Assembly: GCA_016193335.1 (NCBI GenBank)
Contig: JACPSK010000001.1
Coordinates: forward strand, 111,926-175,925
Source of the DNA: Candidatus Magasanikiibacteriota bacterium
GTDB lineage: Bacteria > Patescibacteriota > Patescibacteriia > Magasanikbacterales > UBA922
Length of the DNA: 64,000 bases
Direction of reading: 5' to 3'
A model generated the notes under the pieces. That model was not told the DNA's origin. It made no database searches and was given only the letters and a program-made list of their open reading frames with translations. The position numbers and the translations under genes are program-made. Every line of letters begins with the position of its first letter. Position 1 is the stretch's first letter. Positions 38,107-47,473 of the stretch are shown here, piece by piece.

Positions 38107-39251
38107 AGACGTTTGTCCCAAATATTATCCTTTACCCATTGACCATATTCATTTTTCACCCATACGCGAGGATCTCTAAAACGATCACAAATTTTTTCGA
38201 ATTCTGAGCGAGGCATATCCACCATATCGAGCCAGGCTCCGATATCTCCCGGGACGACATGATCATAATTTCTAACCATTTCAATGCCCTGGTCTCGGGT
38301 GAGTATACCATTTCGTATATCGCGGCACGCGTGGTCCGTTGCTCTGCCATAACCGAATTTTATATACTTCAAATAATCGTGAACGCCGTTATCGTGAATA
38401 TCATTGAGATTGGAATCATTTCGATAGGTTCGGTCAAAAGGCTTGTCATAAAATTCAAATCCATACAAATCAACCATCAGTTTGGTATGTTCATGCTGTT
38501 TCCACCCGAAATAGTTTGAAATAAAAAGACCGCGCAACCCCACCCGTTCTATTTCTTCATCACTCGGATACTTGGCCCACAAAAGATCTTTTTCGCTCAA
38601 TCCAGTATCTTCTCCCACAAAATCGTACCAATCATAGCCTCTAAGGCTATGCTCTTTCCTGTATTTGGCGGTAAACTCCACCAAATCGTTGTATGAATGC
38701 ATGCCTCCCATGTTCATGAATCCGTGTTCTCCCCAGATGATAAGCGGAATATTGTACTTTACCGCGACGATAATGGGAGTCGTAAACATGCCGCAATGGC
38801 AATGCCAATTGGGATCACCCATTTTCATGAATCCGGCAAGATTGAGTTTTTTCAAAACACTGACGCTGGGAGTAAATTCAATGTAATCCACATCAAAAAC
38901 TTCTTTCATGCGCTGGATATTGCGCATGCCGACTGCGGTATGATTATTCTCACGATACGTAACCAAAAGCGGTTTCAGTCCGTATTCTTTGGTTATAATA
39001 TGGGTTTGATAAAAACTGTCTTTCCCGCCGCTCACCGGTATAACGCAATCATAACGGGATCCGTCTTTTGATCTCAGCTCTTGTACAAGGTCCCCAAACA
39101 ATTTTTTTCTCTTATCCCAGTCAACAGATTCTTGTTCGTCGTATGTTCTGCAGCCAGTACAGACGCCATTTGTATCAAAAGTAAGTGGAGTAGCGGCAAC
39201 ACCAGGATAGACGCATCTGGCGCAGTATTGCATTTTCGGAGGATTGATCAT
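38103..39251 (-). CDS. N-acetyl sugar amidotransferase (PseA/WbpG/WbuX-like)
   Basis: CARC...CTGC Zn site, PP-loop SGGKDS, YIKFGYGRAT. Confidence 0.88.
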   Translation of the reverse strand: MINPPKMQYCARCVYPGVAATPLTFDTNGVCTGCRTYDEQESVDWDKRKKLFGDLVQELRSKDGSRYDCVIPVSGGKDSFYQTHIITKEYGLKPLLVTYRENNHTAVGMRNIQRMKEVFDVDYIEFTPSVSVLKKLNLAGFMKMGDPNWHCHCGMFTTPIIVAVKYNIPLIIWGEHGFMNMGGMHSYNDLVEFTAKYRKEHSLRGYDWYDFVGEDTGLSEKDLLWAKYPSDEEIERVGLRGLFISNYFGWKQHEHTKLMVDLYGFEFYDKPFDRTYRNDSNLNDIHDNGVHDYLKYIKFGYGRATDHACRDIRNGILTRDQGIEMVRNYDHVVPGDIGAWLDMVDMPRSEFEKICDRFRDPRVWVKNEYGQWVKDNIWDKRL

Positions 39252-39347
39252 AGATATCAAATCAATAAAAAATGTGTCTAAAACAATGAGTATCTTAATC
39301 CAAAAACATGATGAGTGTCAACAAAAACCAAAAGTATTCCGAGGGAG

Positions 39348-40133
39348 TCAACGCACGGGCAAAGCATGTTCTTTGAGTTTCTTTTTCGCCCGAATATAAG
39401 CGTTTTCCGTAAAATTGAATATATTCCCCGCGGCCACGGCAGAAGCAGAAGTCCTGCTCATGACTTCCACAAAATCATCAAAACTCCCAGCCCCTCCGCA
39501 AGCGATAACTGGAATTGACAAGGCCGCGGAAACTTCGTTGATATAATGAATATCATAGCCTCGAGCCGTGCCGTCTCTATCTATTGAATTGAGGAAAATT
39601 TCTCCTGCTCCCAAAGATTCGACTTTTTTTGCGTATTCAATCGGATTTCCATGGACCAAGGTCCTCCCATTATCTATATACATGGAGTGCAGCCCGCCTT
39701 CTTCTAAAATATCAATGCCAACCACTATGCATTGGCTCCCGTATTTATCTGCTACCGCGCTGATAAGCCGGGGGTCCTTGTACGCGCCGCTATTTATGAT
39801 AACTTTATCAGCCCCGTTGGCAATGTACTCGTCCACTTGTGCAAGTCCATTTATTCTGCCCCCGAAGGTAAGCGGCATAAAACTTTTTTCCGCAATAGTT
39901 CTGAGAATTGCTATGACATCTGATTCACGTTTTATTTTATGGTCATCACGTTTTAAATCATGGCTTCCTTCTCGTGTAATGTCCACATAAATAAGTTCGT
40001 CCGAATTCCAATCAGTAAGCCGCTCCAATTGATTGATGGGATTGCCAAATTCCCTGAAATCAACAAAACCTTCGCTCCTTACAATCAATCCATTTTTTAA
40101 AAATAAAACAGGTATAAGTCTTTTTTTGAGCAT
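39348..40133 (-). CDS. HisF-like cyclase-fold subunit (WbuZ-like)
   Basis: KRLIP, GAGEIFLNSIDRDGT and IACGGAG motifs; glycan-locus context. Confidence 0.88.
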   Translation of the reverse strand: MLKKRLIPVLFLKNGLIVRSEGFVDFREFGNPINQLERLTDWNSDELIYVDITREGSHDLKRDDHKIKRESDVIAILRTIAEKSFMPLTFGGRINGLAQVDEYIANGADKVIINSGAYKDPRLISAVADKYGSQCIVVGIDILEEGGLHSMYIDNGRTLVHGNPIEYAKKVESLGAGEIFLNSIDRDGTARGYDIHYINEVSAALSIPVIACGGAGSFDDFVEVMSRTSASAVAAGNIFNFTENAYIRAKKKLKEHALPVR

Positions 40134-40135
40134 AT

Positions 40136-40735
40136 TTAGACTGCCGAAAAACGGCGGATAATATCAAGACCAGAACGAAAAGATTTCTCCGGATGAAATT
40201 GAGTTCCGAAAATACGGCCACGACCCAAGGCAGCGGTAAATTGAATACCGTATTCACAGCTGGCTATTTCGTCGTCTTTATTATCGAGAAGCAGATGAAA
40301 ACTGTGCACAAAATAAAAATCCAGTCCGCTTTCTTCTTTGATAAGAGAATTTTCTCGAGAGATGTTGATGTTATTCCATCCGACATGAGGCACACGAAAG
40401 CCTGGCACGTCAAGACGCATCACCCGGCCGCCGACCAGATTAAGTCCGGGAGTTTCTCCCCCTTCCTCGCCGACAGAAGCCAATAATTGCATGCCAAGAC
40501 AGATGCCAAGCAGCGGATAACCTTCGGCTACTTTACCTTTTATGGCGTCTTCAAAACCGAGTTTACTGAGTTTTTCCATGCCCATCCGAAAAGCTCCGAC
40601 CCCCGGGAGAATGATGCGGTCCACCCCGTCCAGTTCTTCGGGTCGGTGAACTATGACAGAGGGAACTCCAATAAAATCACAGGCATTTTTGACTGAGGTT
40701 ATATTCCCCATGTCATAGCGGATGATCCCAATCAT
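40136..40735 (-). CDS. HisH-like glutaminase subunit (WbuY-like)
   Basis: LPGVGAF, GICLGMQ and QFHPEKS motifs. Confidence 0.9.
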   Translation of the reverse strand: MIGIIRYDMGNITSVKNACDFIGVPSVIVHRPEELDGVDRIILPGVGAFRMGMEKLSKLGFEDAIKGKVAEGYPLLGICLGMQLLASVGEEGGETPGLNLVGGRVMRLDVPGFRVPHVGWNNINISRENSLIKEESGLDFYFVHSFHLLLDNKDDEIASCEYGIQFTAALGRGRIFGTQFHPEKSFRSGLDIIRRFSAV

Positions 40736-40772
40736 AAAAAAATAAAACAAAGGCTCCAAAAAAAAGAAAAAA

Positions 40773-41408
40773 TTATGTTTTTTCCAACAAAAACATGGAG
40801 TCCACATTTTCGCTATTCAAATAGCCGTATCTTTTTTCTTTGACTAAGCGAAGATTCGGAAAAAACTCGCGGTACAAAGCGCTGAAATCCCCTTTCCAGA
40901 GACGGTCCTGGTTGCCGCGGTATTCGATGGCTGTATGTTGAGAACTAAAATATTCAAAACCCCAAATATATTTCTTGCTGACGCGATATATTTCAGACAT
41001 AAAAGCCCGAATATCATCTGGCGAAACGTGTATCAAGACCCCTGAAGTGAAGACGAGGTCAAAAAAAACGTCTTTAAAAGGAATATCAAAGCCCGAACCC
41101 TGTATTATATTTATATGTTTGCTCAATTCCCGGGCTTTCTGCGCCGCGTATTCTTGAATTTCGATACCGTACAAAGGACCTTTTCCTTGAGACTGAAGAA
41201 GATTCAGCTGGTTTCCTATGTTGCATCCCACTTCAAGCACTGGGCCGAGCGATAAGCCGTTCAGGCACTCTGAGTTCATACTGGAGCGGCTTATTCCGTA
41301 TGTTGTTTCATAAAAAGCATCCAATTCGCTTGGAGTGCTATACGCGTTTCGATCCGAATAATCTTTGCCGAACTGGGAAGTCCAAAAATCTTCCTGAGGC
41401 GTGGTCAT
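40773..41408 (-). CDS. Pseudaminic acid biosynthesis-associated methyltransferase
   Basis: QEDFW..FG..Y..RN, LEVGCNIG, FTSGVLIH and YRG...LWKGDF motifs. Confidence 0.82.
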   Translation of the reverse strand: MTTPQEDFWTSQFGKDYSDRNAYSTPSELDAFYETTYGISRSSMNSECLNGLSLGPVLEVGCNIGNQLNLLQSQGKGPLYGIEIQEYAAQKARELSKHINIIQGSGFDIPFKDVFFDLVFTSGVLIHVSPDDIRAFMSEIYRVSKKYIWGFEYFSSQHTAIEYRGNQDRLWKGDFSALYREFFPNLRLVKEKRYGYLNSENVDSMFLLEKT

Positions 41409-42088
41409 AGTGAACTTTTTTGTGCTTCGAGTATTTTTCGTACCGCTTCAAAATCTGCCGGTTCATCCACATCTACATTTTCTCCCTGTTCCATTGGGAG
41501 TACATCGATCTTATCCGCGACGACCTGTTTTTTCAAAATAGAAGTCTTTGTCAAAAATATGGCACCATTAAGTTTAAACAAAGGCGTCATCTCTTGCCTA
41601 TTGGTAAGAACTTTTGGGTACAAACGCTCATAACCGCCTTCCACTTTCGTCCAATACTGTCCATAGTCAAAAAAACCACTGACCACAGAATCAGAATCTC
41701 TTGAAAGAGCCATGTTAACGGCTTCCTCAATGCGCCGCGGCGAGAGCAAAGGAGAAGTTGGATACACCAACAATACATAATCCGGAATATAACGTTCTTC
41801 TCTTTCGAGATATTCGACCGCGTGTTGCAAAACCGGAAGGGTCGCCACGTGGTCTTCGGCCAATTCTTTGGGACGCAAAAAAGGCACTTCAGCGCCATAT
41901 TGCCTGGCAACAGCCGCGATGCCCTCATCCTCAGTGGACACCATAACTCTGTCAAGCAGAGATAAGGAACGAACAGTCTCTATAATATAGCCAATCATGG
42001 GCTTGCCAGCGAGTTCCTTGATATTCTTGCCAGGAATACCCTTTGAGCCGGCACGGGCCGGGATAATCGCGATAATAGTTTTTTTCAT
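41405..42088 (-). CDS. pseF: CMP-nonulosonate synthetase (PseF/NeuA)
   Basis: IIPARAGSKGIPGKNIK, PTSPL and DVDEPAD motifs. Confidence 0.88.
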   Translation of the reverse strand: MKKTIIAIIPARAGSKGIPGKNIKELAGKPMIGYIIETVRSLSLLDRVMVSTEDEGIAAVARQYGAEVPFLRPKELAEDHVATLPVLQHAVEYLEREERYIPDYVLLVYPTSPLLSPRRIEEAVNMALSRDSDSVVSGFFDYGQYWTKVEGGYERLYPKVLTNRQEMTPLFKLNGAIFLTKTSILKKQVVADKIDVLPMEQGENVDVDEPADFEAVRKILEAQKSSL

Positions 42089-42101
42089 ACATGAAAAATT
42101 A

Positions 42102-43103
42102 TTATTCTGTCTCGTGAAATCCGTCTACAAAACGCATCAAAGTCTCTCGATCAAGCCACTGTGTATTGGTTTCACTCCCAAAATAAAAGCGTTCCGGAAG
42201 CGGCCTGCCTTCTGAGTAAGCCTCAGCATCCCACCAATCGTGCAGAGGTAAAACCACGAAATGATCATCAAATTCTTGCGTGTGTCTGGCCTCTTCCGGA
42301 GTTATCAATACTTCATGCAATTTTTCTCCGGGGCGGATGCCGATAATTTTGAGAGAGCATTCGGGCGCGAGATGAGTGATCATATCCTTAACTTTCATGC
42401 TCGGAATTTTCGGCACAAATATCTCTCCGCCGCGCATCTTCCCGAGCATACCCAATACAAAGGCCACGCCTTGATCCAGCGTCATCCAAAATCTTGTCAT
42501 CATCTCGTGAGTCAAGGTAATTTCACCGCTACCTTTTTGCTGTTTAATAAGAGAAACCAAGCTGCCGCGGCTTCCAAAAACATTGCCATAACGAACCACG
42601 CTTAAGGTAGGCCTGCCCACGGCATAAGCATTCGCGCTTATCATCAATTTTTCCGCGCACAATTTTGTGGCCCCGTACAAATTTGCGGGATTCGCGGCCT
42701 TGTCAGTGGAAATAAGCAATACCCTCTCAACCTTATTTTCCACTGAGGCCGAAACTACGTTTTGCGTGCCCAATATATTGGTCTTTATAGCTTCGAAGGG
42801 ATTGTATTCCAAAGCAGGTACTTGTTTTAAGGCGGCGGCGTGGATAATGAAATCAACGCCATTGAAAGCGGTTTTAAGACGTTCAAAATCACGCACATCC
42901 CCGATAAAAAAACGAAGACGCTTTTCAGGATCAGAAATCTGCGCTTTCATTTCCGATTGTTTGAGTTCATCTCTGCTGAAAACAATAATCCTCTTCGCTT
43001 GGCTCTGCTCCAAGAGCCTGCGTACACAGCGCTGTCCAAAAGAACCGGTGCCTCCGGTGATAAGGATAGATTTATTGTTCAAAAAATCAAAGACTGGATT
43101 CAT
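42102..43103 (-). CDS. pseB: UDP-GlcNAc 4,6-dehydratase (inverting)
   Basis: TGGTGSFG, SRDELKQ, HAAALKQVP, STDKA, YGATK and GIRPGEKLHE motifs. Confidence 0.92.
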   Translation of the reverse strand: MNPVFDFLNNKSILITGGTGSFGQRCVRRLLEQSQAKRIIVFSRDELKQSEMKAQISDPEKRLRFFIGDVRDFERLKTAFNGVDFIIHAAALKQVPALEYNPFEAIKTNILGTQNVVSASVENKVERVLLISTDKAANPANLYGATKLCAEKLMISANAYAVGRPTLSVVRYGNVFGSRGSLVSLIKQQKGSGEITLTHEMMTRFWMTLDQGVAFVLGMLGKMRGGEIFVPKIPSMKVKDMITHLAPECSLKIIGIRPGEKLHEVLITPEEARHTQEFDDHFVVLPLHDWWDAEAYSEGRPLPERFYFGSETNTQWLDRETLMRFVDGFHETE

Positions 43104-43223
43104 AAACTACAGCTAAGGAAAATAAAATATATACACCGTTCCCTTTCTACAAATTTGTCAATCCACGCCAGTGTAACAAAAAAATTCTCCTCAGTCAACC
43201 ACAAAAATCTCTAGAGTAGACTC

Positions 43224-44216
43224 TCAAAATCCAGGTGTATCCAAAGCAAGCCGCAGGGCATTCTCATTCGAAACATGTATAATCTCTTCAAAGGGGAGAG
43301 AACAAGATTTTTTGGCTGAAGGGACACAACTGAGGACCGGCTTATCAGCCAGTACCGCAACCACCAAGGCCATACTTTCCATGCCCACTATTATATCTGA
43401 ACACAGAACTTCGGCAACAATATTCGGTTCATCAGAATATTCAATGGAAAACGAAGGTTTCCACAAAGAAATAAGCGAATGATAGGACTCTGGATTGTCG
43501 GCCGGATGAAGTCTCACCACGATTCGCCGCTCCCTTTTTGGTATGCTTGCAGATACGGCTCTGCAGAGTATGTCGAATACATCCGATTCTGTGTAACCCC
43601 AATGTCCGGGATCTCCAAACATACGCTCGGCTCCGAGGGATACTGGTTCTGAAATAAACAAAATGGTCTGTCTTCTATTACCTGGGCCATGTTCAGCTCT
43701 CATGTTCAGGCGGTAGCGTTTAATTTCCTCGCGCATTTCCTCAAAATATTGATTCGGAACCAAACGAAGCAACGGAAAATTATCCTTTTTTGCTTGTGCA
43801 TAGGCGTACTTGTCTCCTACCCATATCTCATCTGGCATGCGGGTCTTCCATTCGAGAGCAGGATATCCAAACCGCTCTTTATAATTAACCCAATGATCGA
43901 GATAACTTGCGGTCCGGATTCCTTTGTTACGCGCCATGATAATGGCCCGTCTTTCGAGATCCGTAGTCCAGCTTGTGCCGGTGAGGACCATATCATATGT
44001 TAGTTTCGAATCCGAAAAGCAAGCTTCGAGCGAGGTTTCTGTTGGCAGGCAGAGGTAATTCAATCCTTTTTTTTGAAAAATGTTCACGGCAGGACCGGAC
44101 ACAAAACAGGAAAATACATAATGATCCTTATTTTTTTTTACATAAGCAGAAAGGATCTCCGCGCCTCCCGCATCATGACAGACAAGCAAAACAGCCGATC
44201 CCGGTTTGATATTCAT
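43224..44216 (-). CDS. Hypothetical glycan-locus protein, probable GT-B-like fold
   Basis: HDAGGA, LDHWVNY..RF, RLHP and GMESMAL motifs; ATGA-coupled to wzx. Confidence 0.6.
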   Translation of the reverse strand: MNIKPGSAVLLVCHDAGGAEILSAYVKKNKDHYVFSCFVSGPAVNIFQKKGLNYLCLPTETSLEACFSDSKLTYDMVLTGTSWTTDLERRAIIMARNKGIRTASYLDHWVNYKERFGYPALEWKTRMPDEIWVGDKYAYAQAKKDNFPLLRLVPNQYFEEMREEIKRYRLNMRAEHGPGNRRQTILFISEPVSLGAERMFGDPGHWGYTESDVFDILCRAVSASIPKRERRIVVRLHPADNPESYHSLISLWKPSFSIEYSDEPNIVAEVLCSDIIVGMESMALVVAVLADKPVLSCVPSAKKSCSLPFEEIIHVSNENALRLALDTPGF

Positions 44217-45715
44217 ACAGCATCCTGTTTTATTTTCAGTTCGCCATAAATCGAACGCAAAGTAAACCAAGGACCAGATCCCATTTTTTTACTGACAAAC
44301 AAAGCGACAAAAACATACCAAATCCCCAAAAAGATCGCCCAGACAAAAATCATGCTATTGCTAAAATGCGCGTGAGCATATCCGTGAACGCTCAGAGCCA
44401 GGATGAAGGTGCTCAAAGAAGCAACCCCTGTGCTCAATATGATTGGTTTGAATCTATAGACTGCGATACGCAGAATTGGTTTAGCCTGAAAAATGACAAA
44501 AAGACACAGGACGAACCAAGCCAAAGACATTGCCAGAGCGGCGCCAATGAGATCTCGCCACAAAATGCCGAAATACACAAAAATCGAAGACAAAAAAAGC
44601 TGCAGAAAACTGATTTTTACATTGGTGCCGGGACGGCCTATGGCGTTCAAAAGCGGTTTGACCATAGTAACCAAGCCTAAAAACACATTACCAGCCGCAA
44701 GTATTTTCAAAGGCAGAACCATAGAAAGCCAGCCTCTGCCCAGAAGCACAGAGACGATAGATCCTCCTTCAAACACCAAAAGTAAACTGAACGGTATGCT
44801 CACCATAAAAAAAACATCCAAGCTTTTCAAAAAGCCTTCCTGAACTTTTCCGAGTTCGTCTTGTATTTTGGCGTAAGCTGAAAAGGCGACTTTGTTCATG
44901 ATAGACAAAATCGGCCAAGAAATAGTAGTGGGCAAATCTCTGGCTCGTGAATATAACCCCAACTTGTTGGTATTGAGCAAACGACCGACGAGAATGGTGT
45001 CTACCGTGCTGACGAGATATTCGAGAATGGTATGAATGTATATCCATTTTCCATATCCAAAAAGATCTTTTAAAAGCCTGAATCTAAAATCAAGACGAGG
45101 TATATTAGGATACAGCACATAACTCATGATACCGCCCGTGATATAACGCCCTACATACCCAAAAAATAAAGCCCAGGCACTCGTGCTTATCAAGAGCGCC
45201 CAGGCAACCGCGCTTATGACATATACAATTTGGCCCACTGAATCTCTCAAGAATACTTTTTTGAAATCTAAATCTTTAAAAAAATAAATCTGTTTGTTGT
45301 TCGATAAGGACGCTATCACCACAAATAAACCGCTCAAACGGATGATGAGTTCGTGGTTCTGACTCACATGAAAAAAATCACTTATGAAACCTCCGCCAAA
45401 AAAAATAATAATCGCTATCACGAATGATTTCAACAAATCATAGGTCCAAACGACATCGAGATATTTCTCCACAGAGCCTTGTCTTTGAAGCAAAGCGGTT
45501 CCAAACCCCGGATGCGAGAAACGATCCATAAAGCTGGTGACCGTGAAAACCACGGTTATCACCCCATAATCCTCAGGCAGAAGTATACGGGCGAGTATAA
45601 GGAAAGGAATTATGTTGATTGCTTTTTGAAAAATGGTTCCCAAAATAAACCACTTGCCGCCTTGAACCGATTTGTGATAAACGCCTTGTTCTGGTTTTTG
45701 TTTTCTTTCATCCAT
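44213..45715 (-). CDS. wzx: Wzx/WzxC-type polysaccharide flippase
   Basis: LARILLPEDYG and LGLYSRA motifs, many TM helices. Confidence 0.88.
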   Translation of the reverse strand: MDERKQKPEQGVYHKSVQGGKWFILGTIFQKAINIIPFLILARILLPEDYGVITVVFTVTSFMDRFSHPGFGTALLQRQGSVEKYLDVVWTYDLLKSFVIAIIIFFGGGFISDFFHVSQNHELIIRLSGLFVVIASLSNNKQIYFFKDLDFKKVFLRDSVGQIVYVISAVAWALLISTSAWALFFGYVGRYITGGIMSYVLYPNIPRLDFRFRLLKDLFGYGKWIYIHTILEYLVSTVDTILVGRLLNTNKLGLYSRARDLPTTISWPILSIMNKVAFSAYAKIQDELGKVQEGFLKSLDVFFMVSIPFSLLLVFEGGSIVSVLLGRGWLSMVLPLKILAAGNVFLGLVTMVKPLLNAIGRPGTNVKISFLQLFLSSIFVYFGILWRDLIGAALAMSLAWFVLCLFVIFQAKPILRIAVYRFKPIILSTGVASLSTFILALSVHGYAHAHFSNSMIFVWAIFLGIWYVFVALFVSKKMGSGPWFTLRSIYGELKIKQDAV

Positions 45716-45740
45716 ACTAAAAATGGCTTTCTCCAAGTAA

Positions 45741-45769
45741 TTGACAAACTCAAGCGTCTGGCCTATACT
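45741..45769 (+). promoter_or_regulatory. sigma70-like promoter
   Basis: TTGACA-N17-TATACT. Confidence 0.7.
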
Positions 45770-45801
45770 TTTGCTTATTCATTTTGCTTCTATTGTGTGA
45801 T

Positions 45802-47295
45802 ATGCATGTGTCTTTTCTTCTTCAGCGAAATTTCGCCTATGTAGGCCACCAGTTGGTGCGTCTGCTTAAAGATACCTACGGTGTTGAAAAATTCTCCGCT
45901 TACGTTAGCCAAAGAAGAAGTTACGATTTTCTTAAATCACAAAAGGAGATAAACTACAGTATACTGCTCCTCGATGAAGATGTCCACGAACGATACAAGA
46001 CAGAAAATCTTGATCCCGCGTATCTTGATAAACTCGAAAAAGACTATGGCATTCCATTTCTATGGCATTTTCTGGCCCTCGACAGAGTGCTTATGTTCAA
46101 TCAGCTGGTTCGAGAATACCCACACCATACGCCGCGTTTTTCTCATGAAGAAATGTTGCGGATGATACAAGTCCATGCCAAGGCCATCATCGAGTTCCTT
46201 GAAAAAGAAAAGCCGGACGCGATTTGTTTTTCTCTGGTCTCTAACCTTGGCAGTTCACTGCTGTATCATATCGCGAAAAAAAAAGGAATACGAACTTTGC
46301 TTATCCATCCAACCACGATAAAGCATACCTACATCGTCAGTGATCAGTATGACTCATTTACCGGGGTTTCCGATGTTTTTGAACATCGGAAAAAACACGA
46401 AATACACGATAAACATACCGAACGAGCGCAAAGGTTTCTTCAAGAATTCAGAGACAAACCTGAACCGTATTACACCACAGCCAGCCCAAAAACTCAGCCC
46501 GTATCCCGCAAAGACCAAATGGGTTTTTTGAAACCGAGTCGGATATTAAGGAACAGCAAACTGCTGGCGAGCTATTTTTACAACCACTACAGCAAGCCGG
46601 ACCGAAAGGATTACGACTACATCAGCCCTTGGAATTATCTCCGTGACAGCGCAAAAAGAAAATTGCGCAATTTGCGCGGAATAAACGGCTTGTACGACAC
46701 CGTTGATCTCAGCGAAGACTTTGTGTTTTTTCCTTTGCAATATGAACCTGAAATTACCACCATGCTCTATGCTCCTTATTTCGCGGATCAGTTGAATCTG
46801 GCGCGACAAATTGCGAAGTCCATCCCCGTGCGCTACAAATTGTACATAAAAGAACATCCGGCCATGGTAGTGTATAGGCCGAGACGCTTTTATGAAGAAT
46901 TAAAAAAAATACCAAACGTAAAATTGGTCCAGCCCAATATCATGAGTTTTGACCTCACCAGAAAAGCCAAACTCATCACCACCATAACCAGCACCGCGGG
47001 CTGGGAAGCGAGTTTACTCAAGAAACCGGTCATTAGCTTTGGCACCGTATTCTACAATCAACTTTCTTTTGTGCGGCAATGCAAAGCTCTCGAAGAGTTG
47101 CCGAGACTTGTCAAAGAACAACTGGAAGCCTTTTCATTCGATGAGACTGAACTCTTACATTTTCTATCCGCTCTCTTTGAAGAGTCGGCTACCGTTAATC
47201 TTCAATACATCTGGGAAGAGGAACAAGACATGGAAAAGAAAAAAGAAGGCTTGACAGCTCTGGCCGCGCTGATCGCGAAAAAACTGGGGCTCTAG
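45802..47295 (+). CDS. Capsule-synthesis (KpsS/KpsC-like) protein, candidate ulosonate transferase
   Basis: FFPLQYEPE, YIKEHP and STAGWEA motifs. Confidence 0.72.
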   Translation: MHVSFLLQRNFAYVGHQLVRLLKDTYGVEKFSAYVSQRRSYDFLKSQKEINYSILLLDEDVHERYKTENLDPAYLDKLEKDYGIPFLWHFLALDRVLMFNQLVREYPHHTPRFSHEEMLRMIQVHAKAIIEFLEKEKPDAICFSLVSNLGSSLLYHIAKKKGIRTLLIHPTTIKHTYIVSDQYDSFTGVSDVFEHRKKHEIHDKHTERAQRFLQEFRDKPEPYYTTASPKTQPVSRKDQMGFLKPSRILRNSKLLASYFYNHYSKPDRKDYDYISPWNYLRDSAKRKLRNLRGINGLYDTVDLSEDFVFFPLQYEPEITTMLYAPYFADQLNLARQIAKSIPVRYKLYIKEHPAMVVYRPRRFYEELKKIPNVKLVQPNIMSFDLTRKAKLITTITSTAGWEASLLKKPVISFGTVFYNQLSFVRQCKALEELPRLVKEQLEAFSFDETELLHFLSALFEESATVNLQYIWEEEQDMEKKKEGLTALAALIAKKLGL

Positions 47296-47330
47296 AAACA
47301 TCTATAGATTCTCTCACACTGTATTTAAAA

Positions 47331-47354
47331 AAAACCGCCCTAAATGGCGGTTTT
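47331..47354. terminator. Bidirectional terminator
   Basis: AAAACCGCC-ctaaat-GGCGGTTTT between convergent genes. Confidence 0.7.
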
Positions 47355-47473
47355 GTTCTTTGAACACACAATCAAATTCTCTCTGGCAAACGGTCTTCAG
47401 GAAACCAGACTCGTTTATCTCTCAAGCTGCCTGTTATGAAACCAGGATAGACTATGGCGAGGATAAGCACGGC

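Noticed and set aside
39348-40735. Histidine biosynthesis hisF/hisH
   Set aside because: No other his genes in the window; adjacency to an N-acetyl sugar amidotransferase indicates glycan-tailoring paralogs.
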